A DNA stretch of 64,000 nt from Zygnema circumcarinatum SAG 698-1b (taxonomy: Eukaryota; Plantae; Zygnematophyceae). Position numbers and translations under genes: made by a program. Under the pieces are notes generated by a model. The model saw nothing but the letters and a program-made list of their open reading frames with translations. It did no database searches and had not been told where the DNA came from. Where the stretch lies: assembly GCA_037447605.1 (NCBI GenBank), contig CM074804.1:7479909-7543908 (forward strand), given 5' to 3'. Of the stretch, positions 21,858 through 36,146 are shown one piece after another (within the stretch, counting starts at the first letter, position 1; each line of letters begins with the position of its first letter).

Positions 21858-21884
21858 CGTCACGTCACGTCACGTCACGTGACG
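21858..21884. promoter_or_regulatory. Tandem (CACGT)n / TGACG element ~280 bp upstream of Der
   Basis: CGTCACGTCACGTCACGTCACGTGACG. Related tandem arrays at 35743-35760 and 47367-47402, each upstream of a gene start. Confidence 0.55.
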
Positions 21885-22160
21885 CACGCCGGGTCTGGAC
21901 GACGCACTTTTCGGCCCCCCCCTTTTGCTGCTATTTGGCGGCGCCCTCTCTTGTTGTGCAGTAGCAGCAGCAGCAGCAGCAGCTCGCTTCTGTGTGGAGG
22001 GGCTGTGGGGGCAGGCCAAAGGGGGGGGAAGAGGGAGGGAATTCTTCTCCACAGTGCAGAATTCGAAAGAATCACAACATACAGGAGCAATAGGGGGCAT
22101 CATGGCGCAAATCGTCATTTGACGGTAGAGTAAAAGCCTGCTCATTCGCAGTAGAGAAAC

Positions 22161-25100
22161 ATGGCGACGGCTGCAGATCGGGCCAGCGGAGCTTTCTATG
22201 GCTTGGGAGGCATGCACTGCAATGGAAAGTCAATACTGGAAGCTAATTCGCGGATGAGCTCAATTTCTATGAAAGAAAGGTTTATGTGCCTGCAGCCGGG
22301 TCCAGCAGGGACTGACCTGTCAACATTTCGGAAGTTGGAGGGCTCACAAAGGTTGAGGGCCAGCTGCTCCTGCTCGTTGCGAAATGAGCCAGCGTTCTGT
22401 GAAGAGATAAGACAAACAGGGCTAGGAATTAGGGCGGCGCGGGGCAGGAGGGAGATAATGAGAGGGTTTTGGAAGAGAGAGGAGGTTCGAAAAGTAGTTG
22501 CAATGGCTTCAGAACAGGGCGATGGAAATGGGGTAAAGGAAGGGAAGGTAAAGTGGGAACTGGAGGATCCTTACCTGAGCGACGACGAAGCCGATATGGA
22601 GGAACCACTTGTGGCTGAAGGGTGTGAAGAGATATTTTTGGCTGACTTCTTGGACGGAGATGTAGCTGAGGACCTGGAGAGGGAGGCGAAGCTGCTGGCC
22701 GAGAGGTATAGAGAGACTCTCATGGACGAAATTCCTGCAGGTTAGGCGGCTTCTTTGGCTGAGGAGGGCATCAGTTCTGGGATGCACTTTTAAGGCTGGC
22801 TCCTTCATAACTCCTGTATGTTTTTTGCTGGATTGCTTAAAATGTGCACTTTTTGACCTTCCCTAGGAAGATTTAATTCGTCTGGGCTCCATCGGTTGTT
22901 TGAAGTCTGTGGAAGTACTGAAAATAAAAGTTGTCAAAGTCGAACATATGAAGAGTAATGCAAGGGGCTATGATTTGTGTCGAAAGAATGCTAGGAAGGC
23001 AGGACTTCTCACAATGCGTGTAACATAAAATTGCACATGTTACACGAAATTCCCTAAGTACATTGCCTCGCCTTGCCTTGCCTTGCCCTCTTGCCTTGAA
23101 ACTGCAGACCCAGAGGTATCGAAAGAAGACGGCGAATCTGCTCGGTCAAAGAAATATGGGAGACGGAGGAGCAATAAGCTGCTTTTCACATCCAAGGTGA
23201 TTGAACAAGGCACGCTCGTAAAGATTATATTTGAGGTTCTAGGTAGCATGGGCTTGCTGATTGGGCCTGCACTTGCGCTCTTAAGGTGTTGGACGCTCTT
23301 AAGGTCATGTTTACGACTAGCTGACAGAGCTTTCCAGACGAATTTTACTTTACACAATTGATGAATTTGGAAAATTTGCTTTCGTTCTATGGTGAAAATA
23401 GGTGCCAGACCATCTGCTACCTAAAGTGGCTATTGTTGGCCGCCCTAACGTTGGGAAATCAGCACTTTTCAACCGGGTTGTTGGAGTAAGTCCTCGTTTC
23501 CAGGGAGTGGGTAAAACTTATTTAGCACAGCTAGAGAGGGCACCTGCATCGACACCATCATTCATCCAGCGATATGCTTTGCACAAAAGTAGTTATCTTG
23601 TATCGATTGAACTTTTGTTCTTCGCGTGTTGTGTGAAGGAGAGGTCTCACAAGTGACAACTTGGAAGCTTACCTTCAAGAAGTCGCTGCTCGTCAGTAGC
23701 AATCAGCATACCATATAGGTTTAAGTTTTTATGTGCGTCAGCAGGAATGGTCCTATGATTGAGGCGCATTTGGAGGGGCCTGAGTTTTGGATTTCAGTTT
23801 CTTGTGTCACTTGGAATGGAAATGATCTCCTTTTTAGAGTGTTATATTCAGGGAGACGCATTGATGATTATAGCAAGGATATTGATTGTGTTGAAATGTG
23901 GAGGTATTCTTTGAATTACCCCCCTTCAAGCCCTCCTCTTAGGCCAACGTAAGGACTAGGCACGTTTCCAATACTGCGTGATGCCAACTCTGACATGCCT
24001 TAGGATGTACTTCTCACAGTCAACTCTCGTAATTGGTTGCTGCAAGAACAACCATCGATAGCTAATGACTCGACCTGTCCCTGCAGAAGGACCTTGCAAT
24101 TGTGTACGACGAGCCGGGCGTGACACGTGACCGCCTTTATTCTCGAGCATATTGGTCAACCCATGAATTCTTACTGACAGATACAGGAGGTGTGCTCACA
24201 CCGCCAACTACATCTGGACAGTCTGAGGGGGTCTCTGATGCCATTGCAATCACAAGGCCGGGGGGTCCTCAGGCAATTGCCCAAGCCCTTAAGGAGGCAG
24301 CTGCAGCTGGCCTTCCAGCACTAATTGAGAAGCAGGCAGCTCAAGCAGTGGAGGACTCGAGTGCCATCATATTTGTGGTAGATGGTAAGGTAAGAGCGAC
24401 TTGTCCATGGGCTTCTATGTTGACAAGCTGATTGAGAAAGTGCTTCTTGGAACATGTGGGGAATGCGGTGTTAGTAAGGAAAACATACTAAGGATCAGCG
24501 ACTGGAATGAGTGGAGAGAAGGTAGATATGAAAAATGCAAATCCTGGAAATTGAAGTGTCTGAGATTTTAGAAGACATGACGGATATGGAAAGCGCCTTT
24601 ATGTGATTTGTTTATTAGCTGGGAGAAGATTATCGCTTGGAACCAATAGCATCAAGTCAGGAAATGAAGTCAGGAAATCAAGGATGCATACAAATCCGCA
24701 TCTTGCAAATGTCCAGAGAATTAGCATGGAATAGAACAGAAAAGAATAAGTAGCATAGACTAAACGCGACAGCAGCTATGTCGTAGGCAATTGCATGGAG
24801 CAGTATGACGAGGAGAATATGGGTCTCGACCGTGGTTGCAGGCTGGCATGACCGCTGCGGATCAGGAAATTGCTGCATGGTTGCGTCGAAAGTACAAGGG
24901 AAGGAAGAGTGTCACAATGGCTGTTAACAAGTGTGAATCACCGACGAAAGGTCTTCTGCAAGCTTCTGAGTTCTGGTCTCTTGGGTGAGTAATCTCGATG
25001 CCTGAATTTTTCGTAGCACCCTTCTGCCAAGGAGGCATATTTGAAATAACTGTCCTAGATGAGGTCAAAACTGGGCTGCTTCTGTGTTAGTTCGTCTCTT

Positions 25101-27291
25101 TATCTGCTGATAAATGAGTGGTTGTTATTTGACAGGTTTACTCCCTTCCCAGTGTCTGCCATAACTGGGACGGGAACAGGAGATCTTCTGGATGACGTCT
25201 GTGCCCAGCTTTCACCTCCAAAGGTAAAAGCAGCATTCTTTCAGATATCTACTTAGTATCAAGACAGAATGTGTGATATTGATAGATTGTATTCTATTAT
25301 ATTTTTTCTGAACGCGCATTAATCCTTGCAAGACTCCCTAGCGGCTCTAAGAGATGAGCTGGTGGGAGTGATGGGAAAACCAGGCAGAAGATGAAGTGGA
25401 CGATGAGGATGAGAACAGACCTTTAGCTATAACTATCACAGGGAGACCAAATGTGGGCAAAAGCAGCATCTTGAATGCGTTAGTGGGAGAGGAGCGTACT
25501 ATTGTGAGCCCATTGAGCGGAACGACGAGGGATGCTATTGATACCGACTTCACTGGGGCAGATGGGAAGGTGCGTTACTGGAAAGTTTTCTTGCTTTGCA
25601 CGAGGTAAGAGGGCTGACAAGCTGGATGGGGTGAAGTTGGGCAGTATTAGTTCAGCGAGTTTCCGAGTGGATTTCATCAAGAAGAGTTCCTGATGATTAG
25701 AATATATGCTACTCATTCAGATTGTTTGTTTTCGACTGCTGATTAATAGTTGCCCTTAATTTATTTTTGAGTTCACATGATAACACCTTTGATCCTTTCC
25801 GTGCTGTTAGGGATGGCCGAGGGTCGTGCACGAATAGTCATTTTCTCAAAAAGATGCGATCAATTCCTTTCTGCTGAGACGGAACCAAATTAGTTGAGGG
25901 AACCTTTCTTTCTTTCCTCTTGTTTTTTTCTTTCTTTTTGTATTTGCAGGAGTACCGACTAATAGACACTGCAGGCATTCGAAGACGGGGAGCTGTGGCT
26001 GCTGCTAACAGCAAAACGGAGTCTTTGTCAGTGAACCGTGCATTCCGTGCAATTCGGAGGGCAGATGTTGTAGCTCTCGTGATTGACGCAATGGAATGTG
26101 TAACGGAGCAGGTGCGGACTCGTGCCGTTGGTCGAAGTGGGAACTGCGAACTTTCTATTTCTTGTATCAGTTGTTTTGCTTCAGACAGGATCGAGTCATT
26201 TTTAGAAATGAGGAAAAATAATTTCGTTACACGACTATCTGCAGAAGCGGGGAAAAGAACACAGTACGCATGTATTCCGCTGTATGTGACATTCTGAAAG
26301 CAGCCTTTCGATTTCATTCTTTCCATTCTGTGAGCTATGCAGGACTTCCGACTGGGCGAGCGCATAGAGAAGGAGGGCAAAGCAGCTGTCATTGTGGTGA
26401 ACAAGTGGGACACTGTTCCAGAGAAGGAAACAAACAGCACAGTGCAGTACACATTGGATGTTAGGGAACGTCTGCGCTGCCTCGATTGGGCACCCATCGT
26501 GTTCACTTCAGCAACTGAAGGACAGCGCATTCCCAAGTGAGAGCGATGATCTGTGCATGAAAGCTCTGAATGTGGAGTTGAAACCAAAAAAATGTGGCAA
26601 ACCGGCAAGAGGCAGTTGTTTTGGGGTGCATGAATGGTTAGTTGTGGATGTAGGAAGCGGAGGAGGGGATGCTGCTTGTTGACTCGTGAAGGCCGAGCCG
26701 ACTTTGAAGTTGAAAGTGGGGATGTTCCTTGTTGACTGTTCTCTTGGCAGAATACTTTTGGAAGCACGCAAAGCCGGAGATGAACGTTCCAAGCGTTTGG
26801 GAACAGCCGTCCTTAATCCCGTGGTGCAGGAGGCCCTCAGCTTCCGCCCCCCTTCTGCAGGCAAGGGCGGGAAGAGGGGTCGCGTGTACTACTGCACGCA
26901 GGTGAGCTCAGCACATTCTCCTTCTTTGAGGGACTGTAAGGCAATGGAAAGAGCGTTCCATGTGTCATGAACTTGGCAAGAGCCCCTTCTATTTGTTACG
27001 CCTTCCGAGGATTGGAGCAAGTAATAGAGTGATGGCAGCGCTCATATAGGAGAGGGAGTGGAAGGGCTGCAGGCGGCCATTCGACCTCCAACCTTTGTCT
27101 TCTTTGTGAACGACGCGAACCTGTTCTCGGAGATTTATCGGCGGTACATGGAAAAGCAGCTTCGGAAAAATGTGGGATTTCCAGGGACTCCCATCCGCCT
27201 GCTCTGGAGATCCAAGAAGAAGAAGGAGAGGAATGGAAGTGCTCCCAAGGACGAGGGCTCGCCCAGACCAATGGCAGCTGCGAAGAGCTGA
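22161..27291 (+). CDS. Der: Double-G-domain ribosome-biogenesis GTPase Der/EngA, probably plastid-targeted
   Basis: Exons 22161-22740, 23108-23196, 23402-23485, 24087-24389, 24842-24984, 25136-25223, 25384-25569, 25950-26111, 26343-26536, 26751-26901, 27073-27291. Two G1 motifs (GRPNVGKS), DTGG/DTAG, NKCE/NKWD and a KH-like tail ([31 protein letters not shown]), plus a long N-terminal extension. Confidence 0.96.
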
Positions 27292-28611
27292 GGAGGTTGT
27301 ATGCAGTTGTTGGGGATTTATGTTTGAGTGGCAATCTGTCCCTCCGTTACATTTGAATGTCTCCGCCATGATCATGCATGGCATGGTCCTTGTGACTTTG
27401 CCAATCCATTCATTATAAGAAGCAACTTGTAACATGTAGCATGTGGAGTTGTTTCAGTTCTTTGATCGTGTGAAGAAACAATCGGTCGGCCCGTGCCATT
27501 CCCAAGTCTGCATGATGTTGTGAATCCTTCTCACGTGCAAGGGCGGGTTCTTTGTGTTTGGGGGTCGGGAAAGAAGGAAAGAGGGGTCTTTCTCCCTTTT
27601 TAATTGAGACTCTTGTGAACATGTTGTCGTTTTAAAGGGTAAAATGTTTGGACATTTTGTATCGAAATCTTGAAATCTGCATACTTTTAAGCTTTTTAGT
27701 TACAGTCATAGGCGCGTTTGCTGGAACAGAAAACCCATCCTTGGAAGAGTCCTGTGTGATGAAACACTCGACGACCCATACAACCATCGGACACATGCGG
27801 AACTGATGGGAGATGGTTCTTTAGAGAGGCATGGCACACCGCCAAAGGCGCATGCCATGTTAAGGAATCTCGACAGATTTTATGTGCCCTTGGGCTTCCT
27901 TTCTTTTACGCAATGCTTTGCATTCCACACATTCGATACATGTTGCAAATGTTCATCAAGAAAACCCAAATCAATCACAACATGGACACTGTTACATCAT
28001 GCACAAACAACATCGACACTAAGTACAATGTTCATAAGATACATAGGGAGAGAGGGAAAGCATATTTACTCATACCACTTCATACCCTAAAAACTCATAT
28101 CATACCCTATTTAAATGCTTCACACTATCTTATTCTTTTTCGAACCCTAAAAACTTCCAGACCCTAATACTTCCCACTATTCTTTTTATCGAAGGTGAGG
28201 TCGCTGCAATTATGTGCGCAATGGAAAGGCTCACGCCCTAAAGCATCCCCTCTAATGTGTTGACGCCTCTTCTCTCCTCTCTGCCTGCCGCTCTCCTTTG
28301 TCACATTCATCCCGTGGCACGTCACGTTACAGTGCAAGGTCAAGGTGCCGCTTCTCCTTGCTGTTCGCTTCATCGCCCTCCCTCGCCGCAGCGACAGGAG
28401 GTACAAAATGAGTGAAAAAAGTCAAGCAGGCGAATGGCCGGCCTGCGAACGCACAGGGACGACATATTTCAGTCGTCACACGTCATGATGTGCGAGTAGA
28501 CGATGACATCACATGTATGTCCATTGTTCATGTTGCAGTGCAGATGCGGCAAGAGGTTGTGGGTCCGAGGACACTCACCTTTCAACAATAGGAAATCTCT
28601 TCTGTACATTG

Positions 28612-31600
28612 TCAATGATGCCATCCAACGCCGGCGCGACCCTTGTTGACGACTGCCTCGAGAGGCTCCTTCAACCCGCCGGACTTCCCCAGCAGTTGGC
28701 CCTGCATAGCAAAACACAGGGAATCCGGATGCTTCAGCTTCCAACCGAAAACTCACCTGCCCTGAACCAATTGTCTACTGACACATTGTTACATCATCTT
28801 CGCTAGAGGTGGTGTCCATCACTAATCCCTCCTGAAGCTTTCTTGAAGGAGCTCCACTCTAGAACAATATCTTTATCCCCAAAAGCTCACTGGTAACAAA
28901 GGTGACCACTAAAGCTCACACGGACATAGCTTTCAATCGCTCGTTAGATCACTGGCTTGATTCATAGGTGCTTAATTTTGGGTTTCCTTATGACGCTCAA
29001 CTATGGTTGAAATAACTTCCTCTTCTATATTCTTGTCCCATCTACATTAGATTATGACCTTAGAAATGAGCAATAAAGGTAGCGAGTTTCCTTTCCAACA
29101 GCAGAACCACTCTGATTAGATTGAGTTGCCAGTGCCTGTATTACCTCCTGCCACTCCATAGCTTTCAGCATATCCTTCCCCTTGTTGTTTCCTGTGTGCC
29201 TTCTCTCCCTCCCGCTCGAAGTGTGCCTTGATGACTTTCTGTCCGATCCTTCACTCCTTCCACTTTCTGCTGTCGACTGCCCCTCGTGCCTTGAACTTCT
29301 GTCCCTGTGGAGACTTCGACGCTCTGCTGCACGATCCCTGTATTTGATCTGCACATTCAGCATCTAACGAAACTAATAACCAAGCTATAGCGCAAAAGGA
29401 TAGAAAACAATTTCAAATGCTGGATACGTTCAGGTGTCTGTCTCTGAATTCTTCGTGAGATGAAGGACTAATTTTTTTCAGCCAGAACTTAGTGTAACTG
29501 ATAAACTAGCATCGAGGGCTGGGAGATATGATCGTTACTGCTACCTACAGAATGAGGTTAAAGGGAGTAAGAGCGAGCAGCTATCGATTCATGTGAAGTA
29601 ATAATGCTATGCAGAGCTCTGGTGCAGAACGAAGTCGGTTCTTAAAGACAGCAGGTCCAAGCAGTTCCCGGCTGTCACAAAGGAGAGATGTTCATAGACC
29701 ATACCTCTGGTGAGAGCCCTTTCCTGTCCTTGCGGGACACCTTAGTTGGCCGTTCTTCCCTCCTATCTGCTGACTTCGAAAACGAAGACGACGGCAGCAA
29801 TCTTTCCTTCTTGACAAAGTTGTTACCAACAGTACACTTCTGCAAACGAAGGGGTTGAATTTAGTGTGGCATCCTTAATGAACACTCCAATAAAAAGTGA
29901 TCAGCAGTCAAATTTTGTAGGGGAAGTTCCTTCGTTTAGCTTTCAATAGTATGTCACTTCCAATACTAGCCAAGTTGTTAACCAGAAACTTCAGCACGTG
30001 TTTTCTTGTTAAGCAGAGAACAGTCCATTTCCGTTCAGCTGTGAGAATTACATAGACAACCACTAAAAGTTCTCCCCAATTAGGTAGTTTCTGGCTGTCT
30101 ATTTCGCACTTACGAAACGTGCTGAAATTGACAGCAGCTGCTCCTCCAATAAGCCTTTGTTTAGAACGAACGGTTTTGACGTAGTGGGTCCTTTTGATCT
30201 CTCCCCCAGCGCCTTCCCTTGATCGCGTTCCTCCTTGTCCCCCGGAACTGATATTGATGGAAGGCCCCATGATTCAGTTGGATTTGACGAGTTAAATGGG
30301 GCAATGCTCACATCGAGGGCTGTCAAGTAATTTTGACTTGGCCTCCTCAAACGGTATACTTTCCCTGCAAAAAAAAAAGAACATACGGAAAAATGCATCA
30401 GCTCAAAGCATCAGACCAGGCACTGCTAAACCCAGAAGCGGAACACAATAGTAAGGAGCGAAGCAGTAACACTACACCTATGTTGCAGGCAATGTGCAAG
30501 GAGAACAATCAGCGAAGTGCAGAAAAAATTTAGTCAGAAGTCAAATGCTACACTCCTTAGCTGGCAAACACGTGTTTCAGAGACCTAAACGATGCAAAAT
30601 CATGCGTTCAAGTCACCTCAAATCTGCAGTGAAAGCTTCGAGTATACACACAACTATTCAAATACAAAGTGCTCTGTCCTACATTAGCATACTGCAGGGC
30701 CTCCCTTACCTGTAGACACTCGCACCAGATTTCCCTCAGCTTCCTCCACTGCCCCTGCCTTTATCAGACCACCAGATGCCCCCAATGAGGGATGCAGCAT
30801 CCTTGCAGCAGATGCAGCCCGCCCAGTTAAGCACAGCGTTCTTTTTCGGGAGTTTTCTTTTGCCGTGACCCCCCAATCCCACAAGTCTGTGGCCCCTAAC
30901 ACTTTTGCTTTCTCTGCAAGTCGTAAAGCAATCTTCGGACATAAAGTGGGAGAAGCCTCGAACTGCGACGACCATCGGTTCACCTCCTGTTGCTCAGGAA
31001 CTGATTCATCCCACCGTCTACCCATTTCTAAACCAGGCACACAAGAGGTAGAATCGGCTGCTAGTAAGTCGGACCTTCCTTCTACTTCTGAAGTAAATGG
31101 ATGGTCTCCACTATTTCCTTGTACTTCGTGGCTTTCATTATAGCTTCTGAGCATTGTATCATCTTTCATTCTGCCTAGACTCGCGCTACAGTCTCGTGCT
31201 TTCCTTTCCTGGAAGTCCTTTTGTTGATCGCGGCAGTCTAGATTGTCGACTATGAAACTCGCACCACTACAGTCCACCCAAACCCAGTGACCAAATTCCC
31301 ATTTCCATCTCCCTTGCTCATGTACTCTGACATCTTTCTCTGAAACCGTTTCTGATTCCGTGATTGCTGGATGTAGAGTCTTCTCTTTCAGAAATCTTCT
31401 CCCAGAATCAGCATTGTTATCACCAGTGACTTGGACTTTTTGGCCATTCAAAAGTCCTGACTCCTCTGCAGCAATCTCTCCCTCCTCCAGGGCCTCTGTC
31501 ACTGACTCGGTGACTGCCAGACCATGCTTTTCCGTTCGAGAAACAGAAACAGAAGCTTGATTTCCCCATCTCCAAATCACCTCCTGACTGTCTTTTCTGT

Positions 31601-34600
31601 ACTCTGAACAATAGCCGGAAGTGTAGTCTGTCTGTCCGGACTCTGCCTTTTTGTTTGGTGTAGCTCTCTGACCAGAGGAGAATCGTCCAGAAACATGCTC
31701 ATCTACCTGCTGAAGAGCTGCAACCCATGCATCAGCTCCTGACACCTTCCTGTATGTGCTGTCTTTGAGACTAATACGTGAAACTGAACTATACTGCTGA
31801 CGCTTTACATGATCTTTCCCACGCTGTAAAAATGCTTCAATCAACATGTCCTCCATCCTGCATATTCCCCGAAGTGGCACAAGCATCTTGATTAGCCTCA
31901 GCTCTCAGATAACGCTCCTTGTAAGCTACATGGACTGCAGTCACAAAAGAGACTTCTGCAAACGATGAGTGCATCATTCGGCTACACCTTCAGTTTACTT
32001 CTTTAGTAGCAGAAACGTGCGGTGTAAACTAGATTTTCGAAGGCATGCTTTAACGGTTTGGATAGGTACAGTAACTCACAACCACTCCGGACCAAGTTAT
32101 TAGCTTTTCGACAGGGAACAGGTGTTGGCAACATAAACACTCAATCGAGTTCTAACTTCGAGGCTCCAAAGATCATTACAAAACTAATACAAAGCCACAG
32201 AATCTCCTAAAGAAACATGCTCCAGACTACTCTCAGATCACGTAAACAACGCAACTCAACGAAAGCCCACTTTCTTTTCAGCACCACCAACTTTGGGGGG
32301 TTTCTGTAGCTAAAAATGCACACATACCAGGTGGATTTCCCGCTTTTGTCTGAAGCTGTCTCAACATCTCTGTCTTCTGTTTGAACCCTGTCGTCAGCTT
32401 CGTCAATCTTCTCAATACTCCTGCAGTTTCCTCCGCCAGCCTCCCTTCTACTGCCTCCCAAGACCTTTTGGACTCCAAGATCCTCAGCCAAGTATTTCGA
32501 CTCACTTGCTGAGGCATGATGAGGAGCCCAAGAATGCCCATTCCAGCAATACCATCGCTGCTCCTTGTGGTGGTAATACCATCCACTGCTGTAATCCTGA
32601 ATGTAAACCTTTTCTGCAGCGCAAGGTGTTTCAAGAAGTGAAATTTCTCCTTCCACACCTTTTTCAACTTCAAGGCGATCTGTTGTGTCGTCGGATGCAA
32701 TCCCGGCTCTCGAGAATCCAACTTGAGTCATTTTCTCCTCACTTATTCCTTGATTGACATGGGTCATATCAAGATCAGTCTCTGCAGCTTCATTCCCAGT
32801 CGTGATGGCACCCGGACAACGAGAGAGAGACTCTTTCTGCTGGGCGTCTTTGATCTTCCAATTCCCTTCGTTCACAAAGTGCTGATCGGATACTAAACCT
32901 GAAACGACTGCGCCATGGACATTACGAGACAAGGACTCGTAGCATTCCTGAATGCTATTGGCTTCCTCTTCACAAAGGCTGTCGACAATTGAATGTTCTG
33001 TAAAGGAGACATGGATTTGACCATCTATTTCCTGCACTGACTGGACCCGTTCTATTGGCAACAGCTTAAAGTCACTAATGTCATCTGTATTTAAATGCTC
33101 TACTCGACGGAAGCCCTCTCCATAAGCATGGTAGGCATTTGTGAGGAAATTGTAGATCCACAATCGTCCCTTGAAATAGTCATAATGCCATCTATTACAG
33201 TCGTATGGAACAGTCTGGCTTGCTACTGTTGTGGAATCTAGAGGCTCAACATCGCATCCCTCCTTGACAGTAACTTCGTGGGAATTTTGAACGCTCCCCA
33301 AAGTGCCTGACATTAAAGAATGTTGTCTGGCTCTCTTGTTACCGCTCTTGGAGACTAGTGAATGAAACTTTACATTATCCAACAACTCCCTAACTTCAGG
33401 CCTAGCTCCAACACTAGTCGAGCAAATTTCATCAGCCTCTCCTGATCCATCTCCAAGTTCTAGAGGTGGATCCAACAACTCAATGTCTATTGAATCCTGA
33501 CTAAGCTCTGCTGAAGTCGCCGTTTCAATTTCCTTATTGTCAGCTGCTACATTCAAAACCTGAGCATATGGCCCGTCGAATAAATCACATTCGTGAGCTC
33601 GTTCACCACCCAGCTTGTCTTCAACTTCAGACATTCCAAATACTGAAGTTGGGTCTCTCCCTGCAGAACCTTCTTTCCAGCACCGCTTGGAGAACGATTG
33701 TTTCTCTATCCAGTCACATGGTCTTTCAATTCCACTTCCATTCCCACAAGGTTCTCTGCATCGTGCAGCCCCATTAGCAAGGCCTTTGCCAAATTTGACC
33801 TCTTGCTGCTCAACTTTGTAACTCTTTGATCTCAGATTGTCCACTGAAAAATCTGACTGTCTTTTTTTAGCTTCAGGTTTGGTGCTTTCCAGAATAAGCG
33901 TTCTCTCGGATATATCCTTTTCCACATTCAGAAGCACTGCTTGTCCTCCTTGTCCTCCGATCCATCCTTTCTCTGATACATTTGTACTCTCTGCCCTGAC
34001 CAGAAGCCCGGCTCGCAACCTCTGTTGAACTTCGCCTCGTGATAGGACGTCAGGATCAGCTTCTTCAAAGACCTCGGTAGGTGTATGCACATCCAAACTA
34101 ACTAAGGGAAGGCAGCCGACAGCCACGTTGGCTGAGTCGTAAGCCTGGTTTGTGAAAGTTCGTGATTCCAAATCAGCTCCGTGAGTTGGTTCTGAAGTCA
34201 TCCTGCAATAACGAAGGCATAGACCAAACCATCACGTTTTTGCAAGCTAGTCAGTTATACCCTGCATCCAATCCTGAAATTGATTTCTTAATACGTTTGC
34301 GAAAGAGCTTGTCCGTTTCCCTTTAGGTAAAATCAAAACTGGTCCCACGCAGAAGTCATGAGGTAGGAATTAGGATCGTCTGGGAATAAGACTATCCGGA
34401 AAGCCTATCCTATGTCGCTTCATTGGAATTCCTTTGCCATCCATTCACTTAGAATTGCGAATACGCCTTCACATAACAACTATTTGGAAAATGAAAGTGG
34501 CTGAAATTGCATTTTGTCCTATGTGTCACTTTGAGCACGATGACGTTTCCAAAATAAACGTGGACATAACCACCCCTAGCATTGCTATCAGACCACCTGC

Positions 34601-35187
34601 CAGCGATGAGAGGATACATCAATCACCAAAAGTCAACCGATTACGGACAAGATATGCTGATTGGCCCTTGAGAGGCGCAGGGAACAGAAAGAAAAAAAAA
34701 TCAGACGATAGCTTTGCAACTGAAGGGCAGGAAGCAGGTGCCCTACATAGAGAGTGCTCACAACTTTCCTCCCAACCGCAGCACACAGCGTATAGGTTGG
34801 CATGATCCTCGCATGAAGATTTTCATCGGCGAGGCATTGACACCATAAGCTTCGCTTCAGCCTGTAATTCACTTTATTTAATCTGCGTTGGAAGTTCACA
34901 AATCAACAACCTTATTATCACCAGAACCTGGATTCCAATGAAGAAATGTCTTCACATGCATCATTCAGCATCAAGGAAGTTTCAGGTTCCTGAAACATAC
35001 ATTACATTCAAGATGCAGCCCTGCCAGTCAGACAACCGACAGCCGACTCCTGCAACCTTATTACGTGAACTGCCTGAGAACCTAGCATACTTCCAAGCAG
35101 CTCCCTGCCTCCATAAGCCCCTCCCACCCCCTTCCCCGCCTCCCTTCTCCGTCCCAAGCTCGCCTCCCCCCTCCCTTCGGCAGCCAT
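28612..35187 (-). CDS. D111/G-patch domain protein with OCRE-like aromatic repeats (At4g34140-like); 5' exons uncertain
   Basis: Minus-strand exons 34202-32328, 31857-30710, 30364-30114, 29839-29705, 29348-29145, 28701-28612; putative ATG at 35187. C-terminal KYRDRAAERR..KGKDMLKAMEWQEGQLLGKSGGLKEPLEAVVNKGRAGVGW is a G-patch. YIQDYSSGWYYHHKEQRWYCW is OCRE-like. WMEDMLIEAFL and GKVYRLRRPSQNYL resemble the plant family as I recall it. Confidence 0.78.
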
Positions 35188-36146
35188 GGCTCAACCTTCA
35201 ACCAGGCAGCACGCTTCATCCGTACATCCTCCCACTGCGACCTTCCATCAGGCACCGTACGGTCCTGTTCGTACGGTGAGGCGTCGTACGGTACAGTACT
35301 CCCGGCTTTCACCTTCCAGTACGGACGGTACAATCCAGTACGAACGAGTCACGCGACGTGTTTTCCGAGGACACGGGCGGGCGCTAAACGACGCCTTTTT
35401 GTACGTCGCGTCAGGTTGGGAGGCGGTGGCAGTCAACGGCCACACGGTCTAACCGCCATTGACGCGGGCGGGAGGTTGACGGCGCGGGCCGTACGGCACG
35501 TTCCCGACCGGCCGCCGTGGCCATACGGCACGTACAGCCGTTACGGACGGCGCGCGGCCTTCGGATTGGCGGACGGGCGGGCGGGCAAGGGCGCGGCCCT
35601 TTGGGCCCGCACGAGCGGGGGGGGGGAGGCCGCGATTGGGGCGGGGGAGAATCGCACGGTCGGGCCTTCGGAGCTCGATCGATCGATCGGAAACCACGAG
35701 GAGGAAAGTAGCCGCAGCCCTTGGGGCAGGGCGTGCGGGAGGGACGTGACGTGACGTGACCTCATGGCTGTGGAAATGCTCATTGTGCCAAAATGCTTCA
35801 GTTGATGGTTGTTAGAAAGCAACAAGCGAGTCAGTGTCAACATGACCGATGCGCGGACGGCTGCTTCTAGGGCTGCATTGTTGTGCCTAGGCGTAGTTTT
35901 CCGCTCCTAGCTTCGTTTTATTGTGTTTCGGTCCTTTGTGACCAGTCCTTCGTGGTTCCACATTTTGCCTTTGTCCATGTACATTTGATGGCCTCGCCAT
36001 CGCGAGTTCAATGAAAGTTTCCCCCCTTTGAGATACGCGGACAGATGATTTAGTCTTTGCCTAATGACAAGCCAGCAATGCTTGAACATCTAACGAAGGA
36101 ACAGCGAAGTTTGAACATTGACAGCATGATTCGCACGTGATGGTTA

